Positions 23,572 through 35,327 of a stretch of DNA of 64,000 bases are shown in pieces. Origin of the DNA: an uncultured Methanosarcinaceae archaeon (GTDB lineage: Archaea > Halobacteriota > Methanosarcinia > Methanosarcinales > Methanosarcinaceae). Numbering within the stretch: the stretch's first letter is position 1; each line of letters opens with the position of its first letter. The position numbers were made by a program, and so were the translations under genes. Location: assembly GCA_963733675.1 (NCBI GenBank), contig CAVTET010000004.1:640001-704000 (forward strand), read 5' to 3'. The notes below the pieces were generated by a model, which was not told where the DNA came from, did no database searches, and saw nothing but the letters and a program-made list of their open reading frames with translations.

Positions 23572-23591
23572 TCCAGTGGAAATAAGGGGGT
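23572..23591 (+). promoter_or_regulatory. Isolated ORB-like box
   Basis: TCCAGTGGAAATAAGGGGGT matches the boxes at 41.9-42.3 kb. Confidence 0.6.
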
Positions 23592-23847
23592 AATTTGACA
23601 TTGATAAAGGGATCGTAGGAAGTATAACCTTGCTTCTGTGGTGTTTTTATGCCTATTTGATAAAGAAAAGGCTGACATCACTCTAGTAAGAAGAGGAACT
23701 GATGTGGCTTGAGATGCGATGATAGACTACCTGAAGCAAGTGAATTTCAGTGCACTTTAACGGCTGGTTGTGCAGACAAAGAAACCTGAAAGAACGTGGT
23801 TACTACTGAGAAAGGAGAAATAGATTCAGCTTTTTTTGAACCGGGTA

Positions 23848-24333
23848 GACTTTGGAAGCTCTTAATCACATGCATGAGTTGAGCAGCAGGCTTCTAGGAG
23901 CTGAAGGCATCTAACCGTTGTTGCAGGAAATCATGGACGCGGCTGTTGAGATTGTAAATGCCAAAATGGGTACCTTGCAACTTTTAGAAAATAATTCACT
24001 GAAAATGGTTTCCCATTATGGTCATCAGGAGACTTTATTGAATTTTTTGCATCGGCTGAGAATATTGCTTCGGTTTGCGGGGAAGCGGTGCAGCGATAGG
24101 AGCGTGTGATCGTTGAAGACGTTGAGACAAGTCCCTTGTTTGTTGGCACACCTTCTCTGAATGTGATGCGAAAGGCTGGAGTACGAGCTGTTCAGTCCAC
24201 TCCCATGCTAAGCCGCGCTGGCACTTTGATGGGCATTCTCACAACTTAATGGGATGTTCCTTATTCTCCAAATGAGGACGGTCTCTAGAGGACCGACATA
24301 TTGGTTCGGCAGGCAGCTGACTTGATAAAATAG
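23848..24333 (+). pseudogene. GAF-domain fragment of a sensor protein
   Basis: LLQEIMDAAVEI...GTLQL...RVIVEDVETSPLF...AGVRAVQSTPMLSR.G.LMGIL with several stops and a frameshift. Confidence 0.75.
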
Positions 24334-24887
24334 GCCAAGACGAAGAAAGCCAGTTTAATTTAGTTTTATGTTTACAGCCGGATACGAAATGTTGTCTCAT
24401 TTTCACGATTACAATGTGGACTGGCCACTGCTTAGAATATAGGTATCTGATCTTATGTCGTAAATATAGTAAGGAAGAGGCAAGTGATAGGCTCTTGATA
24501 AGGTTCTCATTCGATGACAATGATTAAAAGTATGTTCTCTACTATAAAATTGAATACATCGTCGTTAAGTGAATTATGTTTTTCAAAAAAGAAAAGTTGT
24601 CGGGGAAAATTGGGTTAAATCTGGCTCCTTTAATGGACATGAAGTCCCGATACTGTGAGAATATTGGGATACTTGTGGAAAATATTAAAGTAAAATGCAT
24701 GAAGACATTGGTTAAAAGAAGTTGAAGGTAGTTTTGAAATAAGTTCAATATTTAATTTGCTAAGTTATTTATATTTGCCTATTCTTTAAGTAAAAAGTTA
24801 TATTTTTTCTAATTTCTGCGTTTCAATCAAAAAATGCAAAGATATCTAGATTGTGGTACATTACACAATCTGTAATATTAGGAGGGA

Positions 24888-25811
24888 ATGTTGATGGCCT
24901 TTCTATCTAATTTGTTTGGCAAAGATAATACTCATGAATTTTTAAACGCTTGCAGATTAGGGCAGATAGAAAATGTAGAGAGATTTCTAAAAAGTAATCA
25001 GATTGATATTAATTCGCAAGACGAATATGGTAAAACTGCTTTGATTTGTGCGACAGATATGGGGTACAAGGATATTTTAGAGTTGCTTATTAAAGGTGGT
25101 GCCAATCTCAATATTCAAGAAGAAAATGGTGACACTGCTCTGATTTCTGCGGTAGAGATCGGACGTGTTGATATTGTAGAGTTGCTTATCAAAAGCGGTG
25201 CTGATCTCAATATTCAAGATAAAAATGGCGAGACTGCTTTGAGGATAACGGTAAAAATAGGGAACAAGCATATTGTAGAGTTGCTTATTGAAGGTGATGC
25301 TGATCTTAATATTCAAAACAAAAATGGTGACACTGCTTTGATTTGTGCGGCCGATAGGGGACGTAAGGACATTGTAGAGTTGCTCATTAAAAGTGGTGCC
25401 GACCTTAATATTCAAGCCAAAAATCATAACACTGCTTTGAATGCTGCAACAAAACTAAAACGTAAAGATATTGTAGAGTTGCTTATTACCAGCGGTGCCG
25501 ATCTTAATGTTCAAGACAAAAAAGGTAAAACTGCTTTGATTTGTGCTGCAGACATAGAGGCTAAGGATATTGTAGAGTTGCTTATTAAAGGTGGTGCCAA
25601 TCTCAATATTCAAGACGAATATGGTAAAACTGCTTTGATATATTCGGCACAAACTGGGTATAAGGATGTTGTTGAGTTGCTCATTAAAGGTGGTGCCGAC
25701 CTTAATATTCAAGAAGAAAATAGCAACACTGCTTTGGAGATTGCGGCAAAAATGGAGTTTAAGGACATTGTAGAGTTGCTTATTAAGGACGGGGGCAGTT
25801 TTAGATCATAA
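24888..25811 (+). CDS. Ankyrin repeat protein (N-cap plus 8 repeats of 33 aa)
   Basis: Repeated G.TAL..A...G..DIVELLI..GADLN; 99-bp DNA period; GGAGG upstream. Confidence 0.95.
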   Translation: MLMAFLSNLFGKDNTHEFLNACRLGQIENVERFLKSNQIDINSQDEYGKTALICATDMGYKDILELLIKGGANLNIQEENGDTALISAVEIGRVDIVELLIKSGADLNIQDKNGETALRITVKIGNKHIVELLIEGDADLNIQNKNGDTALICAADRGRKDIVELLIKSGADLNIQAKNHNTALNAATKLKRKDIVELLITSGADLNVQDKKGKTALICAADIEAKDIVELLIKGGANLNIQDEYGKTALIYSAQTGYKDVVELLIKGGADLNIQEENSNTALEIAAKMEFKDIVELLIKDGGSFRS

Positions 25812-26064
25812 TTTTATTTGAAAAACACACAGATAGTTGATTTTTTTATTTAGGATTGTGATTTAGGCTAATTAATTTCAGTGTCCTATGAGCTCCATGC
25901 GGCCCATAAACTCATTAGTAATAAATCAACAATGTTTTCTTATTCTAGATTGAACTTAGGAAATTCAGAGATCTTACAAAAAAAATATGCATCAATAAAA
26001 ATGATAAATCCTGTTTTTTGTAGTAAGTCAAAGGTTATAGGGCCATTTAGAATTTACAGAACTT

Positions 26065-26089
26065 GGTTTCGTTGCAAAAAATTCAAAAC
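26065..26089. mobile_element. Orphan IS6 terminal inverted repeat
   Basis: GGTTTCGTTGCAAAAAATTCAAAA matches the IS6 end at 4845. Confidence 0.6.
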
Positions 26090-26522
26090 TGATACGAAGA
26101 AGATTCCAATCAGATCAGTTAACAAAATCAATTTTAACAAGTTTGTCTCCAACTAACTGAGGAAGTTTGTATTCGTCTTTAAAAGCAAAATCAGTAAAAG
26201 TTATCATAAGTATAAATTATTGTCAAGAGATTTGAACTCTCCAACGCTCAAATACATAGGAGTTTATCGAAATTCTCTATAGTGCTTATATTGTTGGATT
26301 TGGTACTTCAAGTGCATAAGCATTAACAAAGAAGAAAATAATTTTTCCCCGATGGCTTGCCTTTATATCTCACAGGCCTGCCAGAAAGATTTTCTTGGAT
26401 CTTTTGAAGCCATGGAAACTGAAATAATAGATCTTGGAAATCATTAAGATTTCCATAGGTATTTGCACAATTTGACAAAGAATTCAAAATCGGAGTTTTA
26501 GTAATCAGATTTAGAATGAGGA

Positions 26523-26879
26523 TTAACCATGAATTACCTTTGGAAGGCAACGAGTACAGATCCAAAGATTTTTGCTTTTGTGTCTGATAAGTAGGAGATA
26601 ATTAGTGTTTTCTCCTGCTCCGCAGGAAGAGCAACAGACGAAGAGATCTTTGTTCTGGGGTTGAGCTACTGTTTTTTCTCTCTTAAATTCAATAGTATGT
26701 CTTTCTTCAACTGAGATTGCACTTTCAGGACAAAGTCCAATGCAGAAACCCATGCCATCACAAAGTTCTTCGAACAAAACCTTCGCTTTTCCGTTAATGA
26801 TTTGAATTGCACCCTCTGCACAGGGTGCGACACATTTCCCATAGCCAGTGCATTTTTCTTCGTCAATTTTTACTATCAT
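26523..26879 (-). CDS. 4Fe-4S ferredoxin with C-terminal Cys (Zn-ribbon-like) domain; one cluster Cys replaced by Tyr
   Basis: CTGYGKCVAPC, CDGMGFCIGLCP, CSSC...CTRC. Confidence 0.75.
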   Translation of the reverse strand: MIVKIDEEKCTGYGKCVAPCAEGAIQIINGKAKVLFEELCDGMGFCIGLCPESAISVEERHTIEFKREKTVAQPQNKDLFVCCSSCGAGENTNYLLLIRHKSKNLWICTRCLPKVIHG

Positions 26880-26933
26880 TCGTTTTACCACAAAACCAAT
26901 CCCATTCAGAATTATTGTACACAAATTTTATCT

Positions 26934-27053
26934 TAGAACTTACGCAGTTGAACTAAAAAATCAATAGCATAAGCATACAGCTATCTAAAGTAAATATTTT
27001 AACTATAAATATCGGTTTCACTTGTTTTTTGTGCTTCAAGTGCGTAAGTTCTA
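26934..27053. mobile_element. ~120-bp MITE, family C
   Basis: TAGAACTTACGCA ... TGCGTAAGTTCTA perfect 13-bp terminal IR. Confidence 0.85.
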
Positions 27054-27254
27054 TTTTAGTAAAATCTCAACTTATTACTCGGGAGATCTCTATACCAGCC
27101 ATAGTTATTGGCTTTCCCGTGGGTGGTAACCCCAAAAATCGTCTTTATGCATACTACGAACTAGAAGACGAGTAGCAACGTTATCAGTTGTTTTAAGCTA
27201 TCCGGAATCAACGATACTATGTTCGCTGAATAAATGGCTTCCATGTACCTAGAC

Positions 27255-27602
27255 TTAACGACCAAGAGCGATAGCCCGAAGTTTGATTGTTGCTGCATCG
27301 AATACTGCACTTTTCTTGGTAACATATCGTTTTCTCAGAAGTTCTATATCCGTGTCAATTTTATCACTTCTTTCCTGGCCACTATCAGCTTGTGTTACAG
27401 ATTGAGATGCATACGCTTCAGCTACTTTAATTGCACCTTGCAATTCTATGTAAAGTTCTGATCCCTTTAGATACGACTCGGTGCGTATTTTTTCAACTCT
27501 TGCAATTGTGCCCTTATTGCTACCTGCTGATTTTAATGCAAGTGAATAAGCACGATAAAATTCATTCTCAGCAAATTGGAGATCTTGGTACTCTTTTTCC
27601 AT
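27255..27602 (-). CDS. Hypothetical alpha-helical protein, 115 aa
   Basis: Open frame with normal composition; no motif recognised. Confidence 0.5.
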   Translation of the reverse strand: MEKEYQDLQFAENEFYRAYSLALKSAGSNKGTIARVEKIRTESYLKGSELYIELQGAIKVAEAYASQSVTQADSGQERSDKIDTDIELLRKRYVTKKSAVFDAATIKLRAIALGR

Positions 27603-27717
27603 CTTTCATTCTCTGCTAAATTGTTAATATAGAAGCTTATGACCAAAAATATCAAGAGCCAAAGCTTGAAACAAGTTATTTACGTTCCTCCCTCCGATTC
27701 CTCCATTTTTTCCAGGC

Positions 27718-29345
27718 TTATACTTGATTTAGAAGTACTTTCATGTCCTCCTCGACTGTCGTATGAGGCTTAATGTTGAATTTCTCAACCAGCACTTTAA
27801 GGACGTTCGAAGAGAGACAGGCCGGAAGTGTCGGGCCGAGAGTGATATTCTTTACGCTAAGGCTCAGGAGAGCGAGTAGCACAAGTACGGCTTTTTGCTC
27901 GTACCAGGCAATATTGTAGGAAACTGGAAGGTCATTTATGTCCTTAAGCCCAAAGGCTTCTGCAAGCTTCTGGGCTATTACCACAAGTGAGTAAGAATCG
28001 TTACACTGCCCTGCATCGATAACTCTTGGGATTCCACCGATGTCACCGAGACCCCGTTTGTTGTATCGATATTTGGCGCAGCCTGCAGTCAGGATGACAG
28101 TGTCTTTAGGCAGGGCTTTTGCAAATTCTGTGTAGTAGGCCCTTTCCTTATGTCTGCCATCGCAGCCAGCCATAACCATGAACCTGCTTATTTTTCCACT
28201 TTTTACCGCATCTATGATTTTATCCGCAACTGATAGAGCCGCTTCGTGTGCAAAGCCACAAACAATTGTTCCGCTTTCCAACTGTTCCGGAGGCTTGCTT
28301 GTTTTTGCTTGTTCGATTAGAGGTGTGAAGTCCTTTGTTCCGTCATCTTTTTCATATATATGAATAAGTCCTTCAAAGCCTACTACCCCTGTCGTGTAAA
28401 TTCGGTTTCTGTAAGAATCCCTTGGCGGGATTATACAGTTTGTCGTCAGCAGGATCGGGCCATTGAATTTCTCGAAATCTTTATTCTGTCTCCACCAAGC
28501 ACTACCATAATTGCCTATGAAGTTGTCACATTTCTTGAAGGCGGGATATGAGTTCGCAGGTAGCATTTCTCCATGGGTATAAACATCTATTCCAGTATCC
28601 TTTGTCTGCTCAAGGAGCTGTTTCAGATCCCGTAAATCATGCCCACTGATAAGAATTCCGGGCCTATTTCTCACACCGATATTGACAACAGTAGGTTCAA
28701 GGTTTCCGTATGTTTCAGTGTTTGCTTTATCAAGCAGAGCCAAGGCTAAAACACCTTTTTCTCCGCATTCTAGGACGAGGCCTATGAGGTCTTGTAATCC
28801 CAAGCTGTCATACGTGATCGAAACCAGCCCTTTTTCTATGAATTCAAAGATTGCTTCATCTTTATATCCTAGCACATAAGCATGATGAGAATAAGCAGCC
28901 ATTCCCTTCAAGCCATAGGTCAAAAGTTCCCTGAGTGACCTAATGTCCTCATCCTGCGTGGAGTGAACAGCAACATCCAAGCTTCCTATGTTTTCAGGGG
29001 TTACTGTAGCTACTGTAGGAAGATCTTTTTCAGCAGCCAACTTCCCTACAGGAATTTGTGCTCTAATCGTATCTCTGAGGTTAAACCCTTTTATAATAAG
29101 GGACTCAATTGCTTGTTTGTCAAAATTAGTGTTCGTAAGGGTAGCAAAGAAGCTATCCAGTACAAATATATTTGTTGCTTCCTCATTAAGACCCTCAGAT
29201 CTAGCTTTCAGGTTATAGAACGCGATACTTTTAAGGACATAGAGAAGTCTATCCTGGAGATCGGCAACTTCTCCTTTTTGCCACATACCCCATTTTTTGT
29301 ACAACCTATTGAGTTAAACGTTTCCTGACATTGATTACAAAACAT
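27718..29345 (-). pseudogene. hcp: Hybrid cluster protein (hydroxylamine reductase), single frameshift near 29277
   Basis: MFCNQCQET...GCT..GVCGK start is out of frame with the body (SGHDL, THGEMLP, GCDG, AGCAKY, GQCNDSY, WYEQKA) at an A-run. Confidence 0.9.
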
Positions 29346-29610
29346 ATTTATTCACCTTTAAAATTGGTTATTCAACGTATTCATTAGTCTTTTAATTAAG
29401 TCTCATAAACTATTTTATTTTTCTAAATATGTGAGGTTTAGTGACATTGTTAATCGAAACATATTTTTTAGCAACGGTGAATCTATAATACCATTTTCAA
29501 TACAATATCAGTTCATGTATAGAAGAGAGTTTTAACAATGAAATCTTAATAATGAAAACTTAATCTTCAAAAATTAAAGCTTGAGAGTTTATCCAGCGGG
29601 CTGCAAACTG

Positions 29611-30282
29611 TCAGAACGTCTCCTTTTTTTCAGACTCCATTCCATCTTCAACTGCTTCCCTTATGATATATCCAGCCTTGTGCAGGATAGTATCCCCAAT
29701 TTGAGGATCTTTGTCCATACTTCCAGTACAGGGATAGGAATGATGTGCGCCTGAAATTGTTTCTTGATACGCAGGGATATCTGACCAACCGAGCTTTTTT
29801 GCCACAAACCATGTGGAACCACAGGGAGCATCTCTGATTACCCCTGCTCCTATGAACATCTTTCTATCGGAACTTGTTGTGATCCTGAGCACCGGCTTTC
29901 CGAAACCAAGATCTACAAACGAATCTATAACAGGTTTTCCGATTTTTTCGAGGGAACAGAAGGGTCTTGGTCCCGCAAACTCAATTCCCATGGCTTCAAG
30001 CTCTTTTCTGAGCTGCTCAAGAATCCCTGCAGGGTTTTTTTAGAGTCCTCAGCAGGTGCGATTACGGCTTTTGCCTTTGTTTTCTTTACCACATCCGGAA
30101 GAGCTGCAAAGCAGGTTATCAGGGAATTCATGAATTCCTACGATCATATTTGCATATGACTTTCTGGCTTGCCTGCAATGATTGCAAAGATCTCCACAAG
30201 ATACGCAGAAACTGCTCGAGTTGATCAAGTTCTGGATAACTTTTTTCCCAAGTTCACCTGTGTAGAACACAAGAATTCGCAT
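29611..30282 (-). pseudogene. DUF166-like protein, in three pieces
   Basis: CxxCxxxCxxC N-terminus, PRPFCSL, RDAPCGST, HHSYPCTGSM, ILHKAG; frameshifts near 30115 and 30040. Confidence 0.75.
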
Positions 30283-30450
30283 AAATTTACTCCTTTCAGA
30301 GGTACTTTAAAGATTATTTTATAACTGTTCTTTCGTTGTAGATGAAAACTCTGAGTTTCTTCGAATTTTCAACAAAAAGCTCAGAGAACGGAAACCGGCT
30401 TTCTCTAAACTGTTCGCGAAGCTACTTGATAAGCTATTAATACTACGTTC

Positions 30451-30474
30451 TGGCAGTATTCATTTTTACTGCCA
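30451..30474. promoter_or_regulatory. Palindrome TGGCAGTA-N8-TACTGCCA upstream of the DUF166/hcp genes
   Basis: Perfect 8-bp inverted arms. Confidence 0.35.
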
Positions 30475-30486
30475 ATTCTTTTTATT

Positions 30487-30603
30487 TAGGACTTACGCAG
30501 TTGAATCGAAAAACAGAAGCAGTAAATATTCAACTATTTAAATTTCAATGATTTTGACAAGGCTGTATGTGCTTGATTTAATCCCTCAACCACGTAAATC
30601 CTA
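30487..30603. mobile_element. ~120-bp MITE, family C
   Basis: TAGGACTTACGCAGTTGA ... TCAACCACGTAAATCCTA. Confidence 0.75.
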
Positions 30604-31309
30604 TTTCTTATGCGATACAACTATTTGTTTCAATGTATTAAATAATGAGAATTTCGAAATAGAAATCAGTATCTATAGACTAAACCAATATTCGAATTTA
30701 AGAGAATCAGATCTTCACATCCCAAGCAATAACAAACCTTTCACGAAAAATTACGAATATATAATCACAATCAAAAGCCATATTGAAGAAAATGTAGTGA
30801 AAATATTAACCATATTATTAACCATATATTAATGGATGATCAATGGCACCAGACGCGGCGAACGGCAAAATAAACAAAAAAGTTCTGTAAATTCTAATTT
30901 ATGATGCATATGTTTTGCTTTAAAATCTCTGCATCAATGAAACAATAAACTCTGCTCTTTGTGGTGAAGAAAAGGATAAAGAACCAGTCATATTTTACAG
31001 AACTTTTGGTATACTAACTTATCTAATTCAGAAATCGCTTGTAGATTATAGACTGTATTCTAGCAACCTCAAATAAGCAAAGCTAACTATCTGAATATTT
31101 ACAGCCAATGAATTTTTTAAATATATCTATTATAATAAATTCGGTACTGGAACTAGACCGATTAGCCTATCTTTTGCCAGACCCTATATATTTATTGGAA
31201 AATCTCAGACCATATTAGCGCTGCAGCAAGTATTGCCCTGAAAGGGTTATGACTTCTTCATAGCCACTGTAGTTGATACCATTACAGACAAAAAATTGCC
31301 CTATGGATC

Positions 31310-31926
31310 CTACCAGATCACAGGCCTCTCGCTCTCTGGCCTGTAGAGTTTATCCACTGACTTTACGCTCGGGAACGCCTTGTAAAACTCAGGAACATTG
31401 AAGACAACACCGTTGACCCTAAACCTGCATAAAGAGTGAGGATCAGTCAGTGCTCACGTCCTCAGGAATTCTTTCATGTCAGATTCCCTCCACATCTGGG
31501 CGAAGCTTAAGAAAAACCTCTGATCATAAGTGAATACATCAATTATCTTCGGCTCCCCTTTCAATGAAAGCTTATAGGCGTGGTAGGCCATGGTCAATCC
31601 ACAGAGGTCTGTTCTCCTGCAAGGTCAGATTGCCGTTGACGTGTAGGCCGGGCAGAACCTCGAAACTGTTGTACTCGTCCACCAAAATCCCCGTGCTCTT
31701 GTTAAAGCTATCAGCATCCTTTGGTGTCCACCAATCAGTCAAATTTCCACTTACATCGAACTTCCTGCCCTGGCTGTCGAAGTGATGAGTCATCTCGTGT
31801 CCTATAATAGCACCTATGGCTCCGTAGTTGAAAGCATCATCAACGTCATTGTTGTTGAAGAAGAAAGGAGACTGAAGAATGCCCGCTGGGAAGACTATAA
31901 TTACCTTATTAAAGTCAGCATAAGCG
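31310..31926 (-). pseudogene. M13-family metalloendopeptidase (PepO/neprilysin), C-terminal remnant truncated by IS6
   Basis: IVFPAGILQSPFF, NYGAIGAIIGHEMTHHFD (HExxH), NGNLTLQEN, RVNGVVFN, ERPVIW*; frameshifted. Confidence 0.9.
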
Positions 31927-32781
31927 GGTTCCGTTGCAAAAACTTCAACAAAATATGTAAATCTATAAGTAATGAATAAAAATCAAAGTATTCAAGGAAA
32001 ATGTACTAACATTATAAAACTATACCAAACAATTGATTAATGTATTTGACTTCATTAAGAACAGAGTAATTTAAATTATTGACTTGTCCTTTTTTGATCA
32101 TATTCATAGTTTCAATTCTTTTTAAAGTTTTATTAGCAGATCGAAAAGACTGAAATCCTAATATTGGATTAACGATTCGCTTTATAGATCTATGATCTTG
32201 TTCTATAATGTTATTCAAATACTTGATTTGTCGAATGCCTACGTTTTTAGGTAGTATTTTATCAATTTTTAGTTTATCTATAGCAGGTGGATAAGCTGGA
32301 TTCTTATCAACGGTTATTAATCTTGGAATTTGATTATGATTAGAACTTAAAGCTTTCTTAAAGAATCTCTTCGCTGCCTTTCTATCTCGTTTTGAACTTA
32401 ACATGAAATCAATTGTATCTACATTGGAATCAACTGCTCGATAAAGATATTTCCATTTACCTTTTACTTTGATATAGGTTTCATCAACTCTCCATGAATC
32501 ATTTGTTGGTCTTAAATGTCTTCTTATCTTCTTTTCTATTTCAGGGGAATATTGATGTACCCATCTCATTATAGTACTATGATCAACTTGAATTCCTCTT
32601 TCTATCATCATTTCCTTTAAATTTTTATAGCTCAGTGGGTATTTTAAGTACCATCTTACATTCAATAAGATAATTTCCCCTTCATAATGCTTCCATTTAA
32701 AGGAATTAGATAGCATGTTACTATCTTTGGTTTTCTTTTTATTCTATTGTATCATTAGAAAGGATTTTTTGCAACGGAACC
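31927..32781 (-). mobile_element. IS6-family insertion sequence, copy 3, with intact transposase
   Basis: IRs GGTTCCGTTGCAAAA / TTTTGCAACGGAACC; 855 bp. Confidence 0.97.
32012..32716 (-). CDS. IS6-family DDE transposase, 234 aa
   Basis: WRVDETYIKVKGKWKYLYRAVD, ITVDKNPAY, NNIIEQDHR. Confidence 0.95.
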   Translation of the reverse strand: MLSNSFKWKHYEGEIILLNVRWYLKYPLSYKNLKEMMIERGIQVDHSTIMRWVHQYSPEIEKKIRRHLRPTNDSWRVDETYIKVKGKWKYLYRAVDSNVDTIDFMLSSKRDRKAAKRFFKKALSSNHNQIPRLITVDKNPAYPPAIDKLKIDKILPKNVGIRQIKYLNNIIEQDHRSIKRIVNPILGFQSFRSANKTLKRIETMNMIKKGQVNNLNYSVLNEVKYINQLFGIVL

Positions 32782-32869
32782 CTGATTATTCTTATAACTG
32801 ATTAACAACTTGAATGCTAAAATATGCAATTTTTGACCTTGAATTTTTTTGAATATTCTTTAATATTAA

Positions 32870-33830
32870 CTGACCTTTAAAGTTAAAGGCGATGTAGGGA
32901 AATCAGACGTTCTGGTTTACTCGTAAATGGGGAAATCCTGTCTGATTATGGAATAAAAGTAAAAGATATATCCGAATATCCTCTCAACGACATGGAACCG
33001 CAGACATTTCTTGTTTCACATGGGCACCTTGACCACGTGGGGTAGTGCCTAACTTGATGTACCAGAATCCGAGGTCTATAAAACCCCACCGACTGCAGAA
33101 TTTACCAAACTTCTAGGGAGAGATACCTTCAAACTCGCAAAGACTACACTTTCAGGTGTATCCCCTTTTGATCCGGAAGATCTCCATCAACTTGGCTACA
33201 GGATACGAAAATAGATTATTGATATATTCCAAAAAAAATAGATACAGAGTTTGCTTTTACAACGCAGGTCATATCCCTGGTGTTTCGAAAATCCACCTGA
33301 AATCCGAACACTAAGAAAGTCTGTCCTATACAGGAGATTGCAGCCTGAAGGAAAAAAGATTTGTACAGGGTGCAGCCTAACTTTCTGAAGCAGAGACGCT
33401 TGTGCTCAAAAGCGCGTAGTTCGAGAAAGACCATATTCCACGAAAGGAAAACGAAGAAAGGTTTATCGAATAAATCCAAGATACTTGGAGAAAGGAGGCA
33501 TTGTCCCTTATCCCTGCCTGTGCAATAGGTCGGACTCAGGAGGTTCTTATGCTACTTGACGCACATGGAATCAGAGCTTATGTGGATGGTTTTGGCCTGG
33601 ATGTCTACGAAATACTTAAAAAATCCCCTGAATACCTGAGGAATCCTGAGATTCTTGAAAGGGCTTTCATACGTGTGGTTCCCGTAAAATCCAGCAGAGT
33701 GAGACTGTATAAAGATCTCAAATCAAAAATCCTATTTACCGGCTACCTGGTTGAAGGCACAAATGGTAGCTGGCTCTTTAACGTATGATTATTGAAACAA
33801 AAGAAGATGCCCTTCAACTCAAAACCAAAA
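32870..33830 (+). pseudogene. Heavily decayed beta-CASP / MBL-fold nuclease
   Basis: DYGIK, SHGHLDHVG, NAGHIPG, YTGD, IPACAIGRTQE, LFTGYLVEGTNG fragments across frames. Confidence 0.8.
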
Positions 33831-33927
33831 CTGAGAGTCTGTTACCTTTTAAAGAAAACAGAAAAATGTACAGTCCTTTCAAAAACCTGCGAAACACTTA
33901 AGCCTCAAAAAATCCAATTATCAGGAT

Positions 33928-34473
33928 ATGATACTGAATCCTGAATCTGAGATCCTTGAGACACTTGCAAAGAGTATCCTTCTGGCTGCACGGACTGCCC
34001 CAAAAGCCAAAGGAGTAGACGACATCGTAACTGCCTTTGTTGAAAATAATGATATTGAAGTACTTGCCCTGACAATGGAAAAGCTGGCAGATGAAAAGGG
34101 CACAGGTTTCGATTTCTTGAAAAGGGATGCTGAAAACCTCAGAGATGCCGGGGTTGCGATCCTGATAGGCGTTAAAACCAGTGGAGCTGCAGGTCTTGAT
34201 TGCAGAGCCTGTGGCTTTGAAACCTGTGCAGAGATGTTGAACCGGCAAAAGGTAGAAGCAGAGTTTAAAGGCCCAAATTGCATGTTTAAACATGCAGACC
34301 TGGGAATTGCTGTAGGTGCAGCTGTTGCAAAAGCCAAAGATTTCTGTATCGACAACAGGGTTATGTACACTATTGGTGCAGCTGCAAGGATATCGGGTTT
34401 ACTGGATGCTGATGTTGTTTTCGGAATTCCCTTAAGTATAACAGGGAAAAATATTTTCTTTGACAGGAAATAA
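33928..34473 (+). CDS. DUF2148-like ferredoxin-domain protein
   Basis: AARTAPKAKG, CRACGFETC, GPNC, DLGIAVG, IDNRVMY, KNIFFDR. Confidence 0.8.
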   Translation: MILNPESEILETLAKSILLAARTAPKAKGVDDIVTAFVENNDIEVLALTMEKLADEKGTGFDFLKRDAENLRDAGVAILIGVKTSGAAGLDCRACGFETCAEMLNRQKVEAEFKGPNCMFKHADLGIAVGAAVAKAKDFCIDNRVMYTIGAAARISGLLDADVVFGIPLSITGKNIFFDRK

Positions 34474-34874
34474 AGACTTTTGATTATATTGCTGGCAATC
34501 ACACCACCTTAAATTACGAAATAATAAATATTTATACAGTCTCATCCTGAGACAGGGTTTTAATCTAGCGATACATTGAAAATTATTTAGTTATGTTTTA
34601 ATATTTTTAAGGGTTATCAAAATTTACCATTAATTCAATTCGCTATCTACTGAATCAATTTAAAATCCAGAAAATGATAAAAAGCCCAGTATTCAGAAAA
34701 TAATACATTATATATGTCAGCCTTATTTATATCCTGTAGAGTAGCTTGCTTGTATTTGATAAGCTTTCTGTACTTAAAAATGTCTCTCAAATAAGGCATT
34801 TTTCAACAAAAACCAAACGCACCAAATTTATTACCAGATCTGATAATAATGAAATGTCTTTATAGACAAATAAT

Positions 34875-35064
34875 GAATGTAATTGTATCCAGATATGGGG
34901 TGAAAAAACATTATTAACTGCTAAACCGTTTAGATTATTTACTTGGAACAAAATTGATAACAAAGAAACATCTTTGCAGATAAATATCGAATGTAAACAT
35001 ATCCAAATTTGGGGTGAAAAACATTATTAACTGCTAACCACTTAGATTATTTACTTGGAACAAA
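34875..35064 (+). repeat. Two ~78-bp direct repeats (34875-34953, 34989-35064) upstream of the nrd operon
   Basis: GAATGTAA..TATCCA.AT.TGGGGTGAAAAACATTATTAACTGCTAA..TTAGATTATTTACTTGGAACAAAA occurs twice. Confidence 0.9.
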
Positions 35065-35327
35065 AAGGAGTGTTAACTAAATAAAGTGGGAAATTATTTA
35101 AGGGAAGATTTTGTAGAAATTTCGCCTTTTTCCGATATTTCTGAATAATGCTTGAAAAGACACATGTTTGAAAATATACATAAATATAGAATATAAAGAT
35201 TAGATGATTTAATCAATATAGAATTTTGTTCTCTAGCTGCGAAGCGCTCTGAAACAGCGCGTCCATACCTTAAACAGTCAAAATAAAATTAGTATAACTA
35301 GTAGTGAAAAATCTGAGAGGCTCAAAC

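Noticed and set aside
24990-25790. 99-bp periodic DNA as a non-coding array, and antisense ORFs 25077-25427 and 25455-25712
   Set aside because: Explained by ankyrin coding repeats; the antisense ORFs are shadows
33921-34502. 193-aa antisense ORF, and similar ones at 44872-45510, 4151-4603 and 22464-22925
   Set aside because: They overlap well-supported genes on the opposite strand and show no motifs
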